A DNA stretch of 64,000 nt, taken from NCBI RefSeq assembly GCF_009914755.1, contig NC_060926.1; one strand, 5' to 3'. The notes under the pieces were generated by a model. The model made no database searches. It had not been told where the DNA came from and was given only the letters and a program-made list of their open reading frames with translations. The DNA is from the human T2T-CHM13v2.0 reference genome, Homo sapiens. Both the position numbers and the translations under genes were made by a program. The stretch's first letter is position 1. Each line of letters begins with the position of its first letter. Shown here one piece after another: positions 39,899 through 57,700 of this stretch.

Positions 39899-40068
39899 GA
39901 TGCCAAGATAATTCAGGCTGGAAAAAGTAATCTTTTCAACAAATGACTCTGGTACAATTGAATATGTGAAAATGAAACTTGACTCTCATTTCACCTCATA
40001 TGGAAAAATAACACGCAGAACAAAAAACTTTATAATCTTGGTGGGCAAAGATTCCTTAGACAGCACAC

Positions 40069-40912
40069 TGTGATATGGTGAAATGTATTCTTGGGGTCTT
40101 CATCCTTTCCTATTTCCTAGCATACAATTCCTAAAATCCTTGGACTCTCTAAAGTGATTGATAAGTATGTTTTTGAATGCTAATGCATTAAGTGATGGCT
40201 GGCTGCCCCTAGGTAGCTTCAAGATGGGGGCTGGTTGCTGGAAAGACAAAGGCAGAATTAGAAGGCTACAAGGAGGGGAGAGGGGCTGAAGGTTAAGCTC
40301 ATCATCAATGGCCAGTGATATAATCAATACTACCTACTTCATAGAGCTTCCATGAAAACACAAAAGCACTGGGTTCTAGGAGCTTCTGGATAACGGAACA
40401 CATGGAAGTCCCTGGAAGGTGGTGCCCTCAGAGAGGACATGAAAGCTCAATGTCCCTTCCTGCACGCTGCGCCCTACACATCACTTCCTTTGTAATGTCC
40501 TTTGTAATGCCTTTTGTAATAAGCCAGTAAACATAAGTAAGTGTTTCCCTGAGCTCTGTGAGCCTCTCCTCAAATTAATTGCACCGAAGGAAGAGGTTGT
40601 GGGAACCCTATCTACAGCCTGACCATCAGAGGCACAGGTAAAACAATCTGGGGCTTGAGATTGGCCTCAGAAGTTGGGGGCAGTCTTGTGGGACTTAACC
40701 CTCAACTTGTGTGATCTGACGCTATCTCCAGTAGACAGTGGCAGAACCAAATTGAATTAGAGGACCCACAGGTGGTATTCGCCAAAAAATCTTCTGCAGA
40801 ATTGGTTGATTGAATGTTGGTGGAGAAAAGTTCCCACCCACTTCTTGGTGACCAGAGGTTATAGAAGTCTTCTGTTGATTGTTGTGGTATAATAATTTGT
40901 ATTTATTCCACA
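40069..40912 (+). mobile_element. MER21-family solo LTR
   Basis: tgtgatatggtga...tcctaaaatccttgga...cccctaggtagcttcaagatgggggctggt...gtgtttccctgag...tctccagtagacagtg. Confidence 0.85.
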
Positions 40913-43024
40913 CACACAAAAATCACAAACTATAAAAAATTATAAATTGAACTTCATAAAAATTAAAAACTTTTGCTCCTCAAAAAACATTTTTCAAGAA
41001 AATAAAAAGACAAGTCATTTTCAAAACATATACCTCATATAGGATTGTATACATAATATATAAAGAATTCTTCAATAATAATAATTCATTTGTATATATG
41101 GGCAAAAGATTTGGACACTATGCCAAAGAAAACATATGAATGATAAACAAACACATGAAAAGTTTCTGAATGTCATTAGTCATCAGGGAAACGTAAGTTA
41201 AAACTGCAATGAGGTATCACTACATACCCACTAAGATAGCTAAAATTAGAAAGACTAACAACAGCAGGTGTGAGGGAAGATGTAGAGAAACTACAACTTT
41301 CATACATTGCTGATAGGAATGCAAGTTATACAATTTTTTGGAAAACAACTTAGCAGTTCTCAGCTGTTTAAACATATTCTCAGCATATAACTCAGCAGGT
41401 TTATTCTTAGGTATTTAAACGTATAAGTAAATACATATGACCACACAAAGGCATCTACTAGAATGTTTGCAGCAATGTATTTCTTAATAACTGATAATTG
41501 GAAACAACCTATATATCCACCTACTGGTGAATGAAGATATTATATTACATCCATGCCACTGAATACTTACTCAGAAATAAAAAGGAACAAGCTATACATG
41601 TGACAACTTGGATGAATCACAACACATTAAGTAAATGACACCAGATACAAAAGACTACTTACTGTTGGTTTCAATGTTTATGAAATTCTAGAAAAGCTGA
41701 AAGTATAGGGACAAGAAATACTGTATTTATCTGGGGTCCTGTGGGTGCTTTTGAGGGGGCAAGGCCAAAAGGAATAATTTGAGGATGATAAAAATATTCT
41801 ATATCCTGATTGTGGTAGTGGTTAATGACGATAGATAGTTGCAAAAACTGATTGAATTGTATACTTTGATATGAATAAATTTATTATATGTAAGTTGTAT
41901 CTTAACTTTAAAATAGAAAGGAAGTAGGTATGGATTGATACTGTAGGGCCCAATTCAGTCTTAAAATCTGGACAGGTAAGCTTGAACTTAGTAGGATGAA
42001 CAATATCAATAAAATATTAGTATGTTTTCGTGTCATAAATAAATAATAATCCTGAAGTTTACAAGGAACTTAGATTGTTTACTGCACCACTGTTTTCTTC
42101 TTTTCCTAGTTGTGAAGAGTCCTAGGAAATTCTTTAGTAAAAGAAAATATAAAAATATATTCAGTCTGCTCATTTAGCAAAGCTCAGTTTGGTAATGCAA
42201 GGGGATGAAGCAGGTGGAGGTAATTTCCCAAAGCTAGTAATGAGTTAATGGATTCCCTTAAAGATTATGTAAATTGGCTAAATTTTACATCTGACATTCA
42301 AATCAAACAAGAGCAGAAGGAAAATGCACCTGCAAATATAATAAATATCCTTTTACCTAGTAGTCTGAAACAAAAATTAAAATTGTTTCTGAAATAAAAA
42401 CAAAAATTAAATGGAAAACTTCAGCCTCGTATATTACCCTTAAGAGAGTGTACCTGCTATAATATAATGGGGCATCTGATCATGCCAGATCAGATGCAAG
42501 CACAATTTGCAGGTGTACAGTTTCTCTCTTGAAAGAAGTTGTTAAACCATGAAGGGCATGTCAGAATCACTATCATGTTTTCAGAACACTAAGGAGTTCA
42601 CCAGAGAGAAAGCAGCACATGCATATCAAATCAATTCAGCCTAGTGCACAATTTCATTAAATATTCAGCATTATGAGGAACTCCTTGTTTTACATATAGG
42701 ATTTGACTCCCTTGGGGACTGAAGTGGTGTGAAATCCTTGTTATACAGCACCATTGGGATTGGAGGGCTTTGGATAATTCTTGTTGACACAAGTACTGTG
42801 CAAATGACACGTGGATCAGCAACTGTCAAGAAATTAGATTACATTAAACAGTGAATCTTGATGAGAATCTTATACAAAATCCTAGTAAATGACCAGGAGA
42901 AATTATTTACTGCATATATAATAGATAAAGTTTCTAATATAGTATGATATGAGTAAATGACAGAGACAATGAAATTCCAAGAAATGATGCATATGTAGTA
43001 AACAATATCCTACCTTACTGATAA

Positions 43025-43565
43025 TCTAGTAAATGCAAATTAAAATAAAAATTAAATATTGCTTGTTATCTATAAAATTAACCCAGAAGAAAAGTTGAGG
43101 CTTGAAGTGTCCATTGTTGCCAATGATGGGGAAAATGTTGGTGAAGGTAACAATAATTGTCATCATCTTTTTGGATGACATTTTGGAAGGATCTCTCCAA
43201 AAGTTAAAGAACATTTACTTGGACCCATCAATTCTTTTCTACTGATTAGCTCTACATAAATACATAGTCAGTATTTATGTAGTACTAATATATTTATTGT
43301 AGTAATGTTTGAAAAGGAAAATATTAGAAATCATTTCAATAGCCATTGGCAAACAAGTGGAAATTTAATTCATGCTCCACCCACTACAGAATGCTTTGCT
43401 GCTTTATAAAAACAACTTAATATATCTACATGTAGGGCTATTGAATGAGGCCAAACGTATATTTTTAAGTAGAAAGACCAAGGCATAATCCCATTTTCTA
43501 AATTTTATCTTTATATAATTCTGTCAAATATTTTACAATGATCATATTTTACTTGTATATTGCTT
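43025..43565 (+). mobile_element. Old L1 (L1ME-type) 3' fragment
   Basis: aaatgcaaattaaaataa...ttggacccatcaattc...atatttattgtagtaatgttt...atattttacttgta. Confidence 0.55.
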
Positions 43566-44766
43566 TAAATAAAAAGAAAAAAAATTACCTAATATGATTT
43601 GACCAAAATATTATTTTCTTGCTTTTTGTCGTTTTTATTTTCTTTTTCCTTTGTATCTTAGTCCCTTTATTTTTTTTCTCTTGGTCTCTTCAACACTTAT
43701 TGGATTATTTCTACAAACTAATTATCAATCCAGGTACCAAAGACACAAACATTATTGCCCACTATAATTAGTGCACAATTACAATAGATTATAATAACAC
43801 CATAGTAGAAATATGTGCAAAGCCTGATGTGAGCACAGGAATACGAGTGCTTCAATTTGAGAAGAAGGGGGAAGGAATCAGAGAGGAGGCAACAAGGACA
43901 TAAAAGGGAAGTAGAAATTTTCCAGATAGGTAATTAGACAAAGGTGATTCATGCAGAATGAACCAGAACTTAGTATAAAACAATCAAGGCTTCCTGATTC
44001 TATTTGAGAAAAGATAAAAAAGAAAGAAGTTAATTATCTATAAAATATTCATTTGAATGCTACCCAAATTCTTTACACACAGTGCTAAGATATCTGACCC
44101 TACTGTTGGCAAGCATGTGAATCCTTTAAATTTTCTATTTTCCACTGTAAAAATCCTAAGTGGCCAGAATGCTTTCTTTTCCCTCAGGGTAATGGAGATG
44201 CCTCAGGTTGTGTTTTTATCTATACATGTTTGTGAAAATTTTCACTACCCTTTCAAAATATACAAGCCATCATGAAACCAGAGGTCAGCACAGCTTAATA
44301 GCAGGGCCATCAAGTCTGGAGTGTCTCTAATTCATAATTCATGCCTGTCAGAGTGACTACATGATGTCAAAAAATATAGGAGAAGAATCCCATGAGGAAT
44401 TCCTTATTCCTCCTATGTTCCAATGAGAAAAAGAGTCGTTAAGCAATTTGTCCAACATTCACGGTCTGAAATGAACTATCCTTGTGGGTTCCTGCGCTGC
44501 TCTGGCTCCATCACAGCTTCTTTGATAATCAAAGTGATGTGTTTTCCTGCTTGTGAGGACAGGAACCATCTCCAAGATGGTTAATAGCGCAAAGGGGGAA
44601 AATAATTCTCTAATAAGTCAACAAAGTATCATAGCATCAAATGACCATGGGTCACTAACAAAGCCTACATTTACGTTACAATAGTTTTAAAATCATTTTT
44701 CTGCTCAAATGTAGATGCTAGCTTTATATTAAACATGAGTTTATAAAAATTAGCTCTGTGAGCAAG

Positions 44767-45534
<768 letters not shown>

Positions 45535-47715
45535 GCCAGAAATAATATTATTAAGGAAAATAGAAGTTTCTTTTTACCCTGAAAAAAGAAAGAAATATTA
45601 ATTAGCCCTGCTCTTCTCCATAACACTTTGAAGGTACCTCTCTTTCAGCATCTGCCATACTCAACTTTAAATTACACTTACTTTTGTACTCTATGTTTCT
45701 TGTCAATGAGATCTGTTTGATTATCTTTCTAACCTCATATTGCTTAGCATCACGTCTTACTTGATGTACAATAATTATTTATGGAGTGAATTAATGGAAG
45801 ATTGCATATCAATGAATTAAACAAACTAGACTTTTATATTAGATATGTGTACAGCAGGCTTTGAAGAGCTCAAACATGCTTGTTGACTTTTGAAGAGAAT
45901 TATGTTTTTCTGTAATAAAATAAACACAGTATTCATCTGGAATATCAAACTAAGCCTACATCAAAAGGACATGAAAAAACCTGGGGCAGTACAAGAACAC
46001 ATACTCACAATCATCTCAAGAAAAGAGAAAAGGATGAGAAAATGTCTGATATCCAGGGGGAGAAAATGGGGAATTATTTTGAGCAAATATTTTAACACAT
46101 GTTAAGCATTTATTTTGTGGTCTACAATACAAAAAATTAGGGCTCCATATATTTTAGGAAAATGATAGTCTCACCTTTCAATTTTTGTAGAATTCACTAC
46201 ATTTTCAAGATCTCTGGTGTAATGTGTGAAAAGCTAACGTAGAAGGACCAAGAGACAGTAACTATTTATGGGTCAAGCTTTACCTTGCTAAATATGGGGA
46301 CTGGCTGAAAATCTGCAAGCAGCCACTCTAGAAAAAGGCTTAAGAAATAGAACTCTTAATCTATTTGTACTTCTCCCTTGCCAGATGGGGTCCCTGCCTG
46401 GACAGTGAAAATGGGGGGTGGAGCAGCAGTGGGGCTGGCATTTTGAATGATGTGCCTCTAGGTCACTAGATCACAATCTGCTCAAAGTTGTGTTGCCAGG
46501 AAGATGACACTGCCATTTGACATCCCAATAATTTCCTTGGTAACATATGCAATCAGTTCACAACCCAGCCCCAGCACAGTTGGCCAGAGTTGGGGAAATG
46601 GGTGGGGACTTGTTGGCACTCCCAAGAAGACAGGTGGAGAAGCTGAGGATTAAGCTGTTTGCTCAGCCAGCAAAGAGAGAGATGTGTCAGAAGCTTCTTC
46701 AGCCCTTTTCACACTGCGTTAAATATATTTCCTATTAAAAAGCCCTAGCCTGACTATATAATAATGATAACTCCAACTGCATAATAATGAGTTAATTATT
46801 TTTTGTCTGTCTCTATCCAACCAGATAGGAAACTCCTTGAAGGTAGAATATTGATTTATTTTTATCTTTCTCCAAGGAAGACTTCTGTGTTTAGATACTG
46901 TTTGAATAACAGAATGTGCATAAATGTTCTTTAGAAACTATAACATGCTGTTCAAATGCTTTTGCTTATTTAGAAAGGAATTAAAGCAAAAAGAAACAAA
47001 AGCAAGTTTTAAATTAAAAAATAAACACAGAGTTTCAGGATATCAGTGTCACACCCTAGAAGCAAAGTTTTACTTACACTCCATAATAATTCTTAACATC
47101 GTCATTTCTCTAAGGGCCCTCTTTTATCTTCTTTTTTTTAATAAAAATTGAGTGTGCATTAGTGCACTTGAGTTCTCTTTGAATGCATCTAGAATACAAG
47201 TGCAGTCATCAGGTAACCATGAAATATGAAATGGAAAAAAGCTAATGGTGCATTGTTATTACCATGGATGAATCCCAAGATGTGGAGCAGTTCACAGCAC
47301 AATGCATAAGCATAGGATTTAAAGGATCACACCTGGCTTTATGGAGCTGCAAGTCCATTAGAGTAATTCAAGTCTTCAAAAAGCAGAAATGTAGAATGGG
47401 GCCAGTGTACCCAGGCAAGGTGAAGCATGGAAGCAGCATTGTACTTTTGCTTCTATTAGAAAGCATGGGCAAAGCTGGGGCCCATCAGGACATATCCAGG
47501 ATTTAGTGGCCTCCTAAATGGTCCAGGAAAACACCTGGCAAACAAAGAATATACTGGACATGCTCTGAATGCCCACCTAAGTCAGCTGAGTAAGCAATGG
47601 GGAGCTGCCCACAGGTCTTGAGAGATGGGAAAAGAATTGAAACTGTAGTGGTAGCTTCACAAGCAGCAAATGGAAGGATTCAACAGGCAAGGCTCTTGGC
47701 AACCTATCTGAACTA

Positions 47716-48047
<332 letters not shown>

Positions 48048-48409
48048 TCAGGGTTGGGCTTTATGGGCATGAGTTTGAAATCTAGGAAATCAAGAGTAAG
48101 CAGGCTTCTACATAGACCGAGGAAATAAAAGAGAGGGAAGCAACCTTCAATTAAGAAAAAATGCAAATGGGAGGTTTGAGTCCAGGGGGCTAGCGGGGGA
48201 TGCACTTGGAAGATACGGGAAATGGAGAACAGGGGAGCTGCAATCCACGGATACTGTGAGCTAAGTCTTTGAGAGGTAAGTATGGCTGAAGTAGACAGCT
48301 TCAGAGGCTGAGAAAGAAAGCTTTAGGACTGAGAAAAGAGTAGAATTGGCTAGGCCCTCACTGAGGACTTAGATATAAGCATGTGTAATAATTTAAAATC
48401 ATTTTAACC

Positions 48410-48610
48410 ATAGCTAACATTTACTGAATTTTGCCTACATGCTAGTCACTGCACTAAGTACTTTCCATGGATTGATCTTACTTAATTCTCAACACAGCCC
48501 TAACTACTCTTATTTTCATTTTATAGATGAAGAAATGAGGCAAAGTGTGGTTCAGTAACTTCCGCACAGCCACCTACCTTCTGAATCAGGATTCAGCCTA
48601 GGACGGTGTC
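48410..48610 (-). mobile_element. MIR SINE
   Basis: atagctaacatttactgaa...cattttatagatgaagaaatgaggc. Confidence 0.75.
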
Positions 48611-48779
48611 ATTTCCTTTTTCTTTATGACAGAGTGTAGCTTTTGACCTGAGACAGAAGAGTCGAGGGCATCTAGAACACATGAAACTTTCTTGCTAGAT
48701 GTAAGAACTTGAGGAGCTGGAGAAGTTTAAAGCATTTGCAATCATTAATTTCAAGCTTTCCTAGGAGAATTGTTGTAAC

Positions 48780-49484
48780 ATACATCCAGATTCAACTGAT
48801 TTTCTCACCGCCACTCTTTCCGCCTGATGTAAGCCATGATCATCTTTCTCCTGGGTTATTGCAATTGTCTCTCAGCTTCCTCCCTTACCCTCATATTGTC
48901 TATTCTTATCTCAGCAGCCACAGTGATTCCTTTAAAATGAAAGTCAGATTATGTTACTCTTTGTCTAAAAACCCATCCAGAGTCTTCATATCTCACTTGC
49001 AGTAAAAGCCCAAGCCCTTATCTATGAGTCTACGAGACCATATGTATTTAGCTTTCTACACAGCCTCATCTCCAGCCTTGCTCCTTCTTGCTCTCTGCCC
49101 TGCCACAGTCACACTCATACCATTCCCAAACCCTTTGTACTTGCTGTTCTCTCTGCCAGGAACGCCCTTCCCCCAGACATCCACATGAGTTCACACTCAC
49201 TTCCTTCAAGTTTCGGATCAATTATCAACTGGATCAGAAAAGGAAGTCAGAGTTTCCTTGATCACTAAAAATAAAATGGCACCCCCTCCTGGCACCCCCA
49301 CCACCCTGTTACTACCTTGCTTTTCTCTGGAGTGCTCATCCCTGTCTGAGCTTCTAATTATTTATTGTCTGCCTCCACTCCATAAGCATGAGTTTCATCA
49401 CGACTTTTTCTGCACCAATACATCTCCCATGCTGGTAACAGTGCCTCACGTGGGGTCGATAAATACTTGCTTAATGAATCAATG
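48780..49484 (+). mobile_element. L2 LINE 3' fragment
   Basis: cagcagccacagtgattcctttaaaatgaaagtcagattatgttactc...ttgtacttgctgttctctctgcc...ataaatacttgcttaatgaatcaatg. Confidence 0.8.
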
Positions 49485-50434
49485 CAAAACAGGTTTTGCC
49501 TTAGTGTTAGCATATCTTTGATGGTTTATTATGAATAATGAAAAGTCTAGCAAATTGCTGTGAGAAAAGGAAGCAGGACCTCTGGTGGGAAAAGCAGAGA
49601 AGAGGAGTCTAAGTCAGGAAACTGAAGGACAGCAACAGATGGAGCAGGCCGATGAGCAAAAAAGGAGATGCTAAAATACTTGTATTCCATTATGAGAAGC
49701 CGAGAGTATAACTCTCAGGAACAATGAACAACACTCTCTGAAGTCTGTTCCTTCTGCTATTGACGTATGAAAGCCTAGGGACACACTTTCCAAGAAAATC
49801 CTTATAACCCATCACTGTCTAATCAATTGGAGCTCTTGAGTTGAGGAAGGTGATAGGAGCCTGAATGTCCCAGGATTAGAAGCCATCCAATTAGATTGCC
49901 AAGTACTCTGGAAGAGCCTGATGGCCACGGCACAGGCACTTATATCGATGAAGCTCATTATTTCCAGGTGGGTGGGGGAATGCACTTCTTTAAATCACTG
50001 CCTTACTTCTGAGAATCTAGTCACTTATTTCAAATCTCTTTTAGTAAAGGACATCAACACATACTGTTTAAGACAAAGTTTTCACAAAGGTACCTCTGAC
50101 AACTTGGAGGTAATTTTTAGATCAAATATAATATGGTTAAATATGTCTACTGTTGAAGTCCAATTTAAATCCATCAAAAACAGCATCTTTTTAAAAAATA
50201 CCAGGTGTGCTTTTTATGGGTTTCCTTTTACTAGAAGGCCCTGCTATTTTAGGTGAATCTCATTTTAGAGGTGTTGATTGTTTACAGATGCTCAGGAAGA
50301 TACAACAGAAAAGTTTTTAGACGTTCTTAAGACAGTTTTAAAAGTAAGAATAAAAGACTTAAAACAACATAAAGAGACAGAGTCTGATAAAGTCAAAGTC
50401 TGGAGTAGCTCAGTCTTTTTAAAACTGGATCATA

Positions 50435-50731
<297 letters not shown>

Positions 50732-51113
50732 TCATGGACTCAAAGTTTGAAAGCTTGTTGCTCAATGTCTTCTTTGGCAAATGATCTAATCTCTCTAAGT
50801 TTCCATTTCTCCATCTGTGAAAATGAGAAGTGGCTACCCACTTAAGAGAGCATTTGCAAGTAGTGAATGAGACAGAGTAGATAAAGCGCAAGGCCACATC
50901 AGGACAACCACTCAGTGGGAGATGGTGCCCATTGCCTGTTCCTGCTGCTACTGCACATCTTCTCCAGTCCTTGCTCTGCCTACTTCAGTTTCACCGAAAC
51001 TATGGTAACAAGACCCAAGCAGCAAGCATTTAATAGCCAACTACCCAATGAAAGAATACTTCAGTTCTTTGCTCTCCAGTTTGGTTACTTACTCATATAA
51101 GACACTGGCTGCT

Positions 51114-51575
51114 ACTATTTACAATAGCAAAGACTTGGAACCAACCCAAATGCCCATCAATGACAGACTGGATAAAGAAAATGTGGCATATATACACCCT
51201 GGAATACTATGCAGCCATAAACAAGGATTAGTTCATGTCCTTTGCAGGGACATGGATGAAGCTGGAAACCATCATTCTCAGCAAATTAACACAGGAACAG
51301 AAAACCAAACACTGCATGTTCTCACTCATAAGTGGGAGTTGAACATGAGAACACATGGACACAGGGAGGGGAACATCATGCACTGGGTCCTGTAAGGGGG
51401 TGGGGGCTAGGGGAGGGAGAGCATTAGGACAAATGCCTGATGCATGCGGGGCTTAAAACCTAAATGATGGGTTGATAGGTGCAGCAAACCACCATGGCAC
51501 GTGTGTACCTATATAACAAAGCTGCACGTTCTGCACATGTATCCTAGAACTTAAAGTAAAATAAAAAATAAAAAA
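51114..51575 (+). mobile_element. 5'-truncated L1PA (L1PA7/8-like) 3' end
   Basis: acaatagcaaagacttggaaccaacccaaatg...ttgataggtgcagcaaaccaccatggcac...agaacttaaagtaaaataaaa. The 15-bp TSD aagacactggctgct (51099-51113, 51867-51881) also encloses the following Alu. Confidence 0.95.
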
Positions 51576-51857
<282 letters not shown>

Positions 51858-52308
51858 TTAAAAAGGAAGACACTGGCTGCTTTAAGAATTGAGTGAACCC
51901 TTTTGATGCTACAAAGAACTTGCTTCACAGTTTTGTGTTTCCAAGTATGCCTTGGCGATCCCAAAGATACGGGTATTTCTCTACAAAGCTGCCCCATCCA
52001 TAATTCCTCTACAGAAGTAAACAGCTGCAGACAACCTTGGCAACAATTCTGTTTTCCATTTTTCATTTGTTTCTGGTATCCATTACATCCTCTGAACATA
52101 CACTATCTTTTTCAGTTTAAATAAAACAGGTGGTAAAACTATAGCTACATGTAGCTTGAAAGAAAAAAAAAATGAATCTGAAACCATTTAAACATTTTTA
52201 ATTTTATAAAACTTAACACATTAATGATATGTAATTTAACTTAGGCAAAATGGGCCGCTAGATTCTCATATTTTGAATAATCTTTCTCCTTTATTAAAAA
52301 CATTAATA

Positions 52309-53766
<1,458 letters not shown>

Positions 53767-54049
53767 GTCAAAGGTAAACCATGCCTCCCTGGAAATGAAG
53801 CTAAATGCTCAATGGCTTTTCAGCCATTCTTGTGCCATTCGTGGTTACAAATGTTTGGTTTCTATTCAAGCCAATGGAAATGCTTCCCAAACACCATTAT
53901 TATCTTCCTCATTCTGGAACCCATTGCTTAATAACATATGGAAAATTCCGAAGTCTTCTAGCTATAGTAATATTTGAGATAACAGATATATCATTCTATT
54001 AGATACTGATATTTAATCTATTCAGTACTATATTAGTGCTTTAGATATT

Positions 54050-54757
54050 AATATCATTCTACTTGGTTTCTGAGACACCTTCTTACTTGCTGCTCTTCTT
54101 CCTCACAAATACTCCTTCTGAGTCTCCTTTAGTGGTTCCTCCTCATTTTCCCACCCTCTACATTTGGAGTTCCTTGGGGCTCAGACATTAAACCTCTCTT
54201 TTATCTACCCACTCTTCTTGGTGAACCCATTTAACCTCTTGACTCTAAGAACCTCCAATAGGTTGACAGTTCCATGTGTCTCCAGTCCTGAACTTCAGGC
54301 TACAATATCTAGCTGCTGAACTGCAAATCCAACATCATCATCTGAATGTCTAACTGGCCTTTTAAATTCACCTGCTCCAACTGCTGTTGAACCCCTGGTG
54401 CCCACATAGCTTGCTCTCTTGCTCTCACTCCCTTCAGGTAAGTATTCTAAACATGGACTTACTAGAAAGATCTTCCCTCTAAGGAGTAAATCTCTTTCTA
54501 ACCTCTATACCCCTCTGCCCCTTACCCTACTTTGTTGTTCTGCATAGCACTTTTTATTATTTGACACATTCTATATCACTTGTTTACTTAATATTTCTCT
54601 CATTTTCTTCCTAGACTATAAACTCTTCGGGGTAAGAGATATTCTCAGTTTTGTTCACTGCTATATCTTAGCACCTAGAACAATGTCAAGCCCCTAGTAG
54701 GCACTCAACAAATACTTTGAATAGATAAACAGATGAATGAATGAATGAATGAATGAA
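54050..54757 (+). mobile_element. L2 LINE 3' fragment
   Basis: cttggtttctgagacacc...ttttgttcactgctatatcttagcacctagaaca...tagtaggcactcaacaaatac...(ATGA)n, the canonical L2 end. Confidence 0.88.
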
Positions 54758-57700
54758 CATGATATAGTCCAATAACATATTTATACAGAAATTCCAATTC
54801 TGCCCCAGTGAGACTAGTGTGACTGAGTTTTGTTTTCTTTTTGTCACCTTCAAAGAAATGTGTTCTTCATGAAACTGTTCAAGGTCAAGCAAAGGTGAAA
54901 TATTTGTAGGAACTATTTTGCAAACCTGGATTTGTATTTTCTAAATAGGTTTCTGTTCAAGTTCTTTTCAAATCTAGACTTATCCCCATGGTTTAAGAAC
55001 CAATATGTATCAGTGAAAGGTCTCAAAGAGACACCTCTGAGAAATATATAAGATTATTTGTTTCTTTAGGATGGTGGCAAATATAAAAACAATCCTTTTC
55101 AAATAGTCCTACTAATGACTCAGTTCATGAAATTACATCATTCTCTAGTTTGCCCAAAATCTAAATTCTAATATTGTCAGTTTTTAAATACCCTTAAGCA
55201 GGATAAAAGTCCCTGAAAGAAGAGAAAGAATAATAACAAACAATTTTATTAAGCACTTACTATGTATGAGATACAATTGCAGATAATTTGTATGTTTTAA
55301 TTCATGTAATCTTCACAATACATTACAGCATACTTTGCCATGAGCATGGAAGTTTTGTGTTTATATTAAAAACTCTGCTTGAGACTCCTTGGAGTCTCAT
55401 TCATTTAGCCTGTCTTCCAAACACGCTGACATCTAAGAATTTTAGGGACAATTTCTAACATTCTAGTTGTCAAGAACATTTTGAACCATACTTAACAGCA
55501 GAATGCCTCTAGTCAACCATTAATTATTCCAAATGCACTAATTTTTAAACCAGCTGTGTGATCCCAAAGTGCAACATATGAACTCTGAAATTTCTGTGTC
55601 TTTTTTCAACAAATAGGGCATGCTCCAAGGAGAAGACATTTACTGTTCAGCGCGTTTAGATGAAAACTGACATTTCTTATGGGAGTGCTTTAGCCTGGGC
55701 TAGCATGGTGTGAAACGAGACCACGAATTCATAATTTAACAGTTCAGGTTTCTGCAGAGGTGGTGACATGAACATTGAATGTTCACACTCAAGATCATTT
55801 GCAGCTCCATAAAGAGATGTCTTAGATGGAAAATAGAATAGTTCAGAAGAAATAATGACTCAGGAACACAGTTTTGAAGTGGGGAGAGAAAAAATTAGTA
55901 TTGAATTTTTTTTTTTAAAAAAAAAAGAGCTAGTAGCAATTTTAGCCAGTCTCATCCTTTAGAATAAACATCTCTTCAGCAGCCAGTGTTTCAAGCACAT
56001 AATAGCTTTAATTTTGTGCAGACTACATATTTACACTATAATAAAATGGAGAATGGCTGAGGGGGAGGATACTTACTGCTAGGGACATAATTATTAATCA
56101 ATATGTCTGTCTAAAGCTGTCAGAATAAGTTACTTGAAGCCATGTAAAAATTCAAACTTGTCTGTGGTCATCCAAACGCTGTTCAAGACTATGTTTTACA
56201 TTTGAAAGATGAATGAGTATAGCCAAATCCCAGTGTCTTAAAAAGAAATAAAAGGAGAAAAACCAACTCTTTAGATGTTCTCACAGAGAAGATACACAAA
56301 CACATGTTCCTCAAACTCTCTCTGTCCATACTGTAGGGTAAGCAGCCTACCTCACAGCTCAAATATATTTTGGAGGTCTAGCCTGATTCGTCATCTAAAA
56401 CCATGCCACCAGGAGGCAAATACAGAACACCATTTTCTTATAACCCAGTCCAAACTTTTCTCTTTATAAGACCCCCACCAAGGGAGGAGAATTTCTATTA
56501 CAGCTGAACATACTGTGAAACTAATTTGGCTTTGCAGATTTACACATGACTCCATGGCCTGTAAATTGCCAACAAATCCCCTCTCCAGCCTCACATCTTT
56601 CCTGGGCTTTTAAGGAAAGCCCTCATGGTAGGGCAGAGGGGAGAAGCAAGGGACTTTCTCTATACATTTAGGTAGGAGGAAAGATTTGACCCCTAAATCT
56701 CCTTGAATCTCTCAGACTTGAAATCAAGTTCTCTTTAGTTCATCTTCACGGGAACTAGAATTTTTTTTGTCTTGCCCAGGAAGTTGACCCTTTTTACATA
56801 TGAGATTTGGCAAATTCATTACTAATGTCTTTCAGATATACATTTTCTCCATATCCCAGTCCTAATAAGAAGAGACAAACCCCAAAGGAAACTTAAAATA
56901 TTTAATGACTTTGACTTTTAAACATAACTGAGATTCAATAATAATGGCAAAAGATAATTCAATATACCAAAATACAAAACTAAAGCAACTATTTCTTTTA
57001 TAAAGTTTAGCTTTAGTAAGCTCTCACAGATTTAGGACATTCGTTGTGAGAAGGGAAAAGGGATAGTGTAAAATCTGAGAGTATTTAAGTCATTCCATCA
57101 TGTTTAAGTAGAGACAACTAATAAACACAATAATTTTACCTAGTAAAACTTAACAGTCTTGTGCTTATTTAAAACTACGTGAAATGCTCAAGAATACATA
57201 TATTACTCTACTCATAGCACATAAAAGGATAAAAAGTACACATTTGGAAGAACTGACCTGAATTGACCAAATATAAATTGGTCAATATAAATTGATGAAA
57301 AATGGCCATGAAATTATTTTTTAATCATCTTTTTAAAAAAGTATTAGCTAAACTAAGAGGGAAGAGAGAGCAGGAATCAGGGCCAAAATCAAGTCATAAG
57401 AAAAATATGCTTAGGATCCCACTGATTGACACCTCTCTAGCTGACAAGATGTTACCACCATGAAAATGAAGTCTATGCTGTCTTTGCCTCTCTATGCCTC
57501 TGGGGCAGAAGCAACCAACTGGCAAAGCCTACTTCATAAGATTGCACCTTTAACAAAGGGCATGGGGAGGGAGCCTGGGGCTCCCTTTAAATTCCATAAT
57601 GAGGCCTTGCACAAAGACTCATAAAAGTGGAAAACCCCATAATAGGAAGGGGACTAAGATATTTAGGCAGATTGTATATGACAAACATTCCCTATGTAAA

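Larger units (their letters stand above)
38755..41912 (+). mobile_element. Old L1 (L1MC/MD-type) ORF2 3' part and 3' end, with nested insertions
   Basis: agaagactcaacgttgttaagatgtcaattctt, agctacagtaatcaaga, tcttttcaacaaatg, tcattagtcatcagggaa, cactacatacccactaagatagctaaaatt and attctatatcctgattgtggtagtggtta are collinear with L1. Confidence 0.85.

Noticed and set aside
51048-51395. 115-aa ORF over the L1PA fragment
   Set aside because: Off-frame reading of a 5'-truncated L1 end; it cannot encode functional ORF2p.
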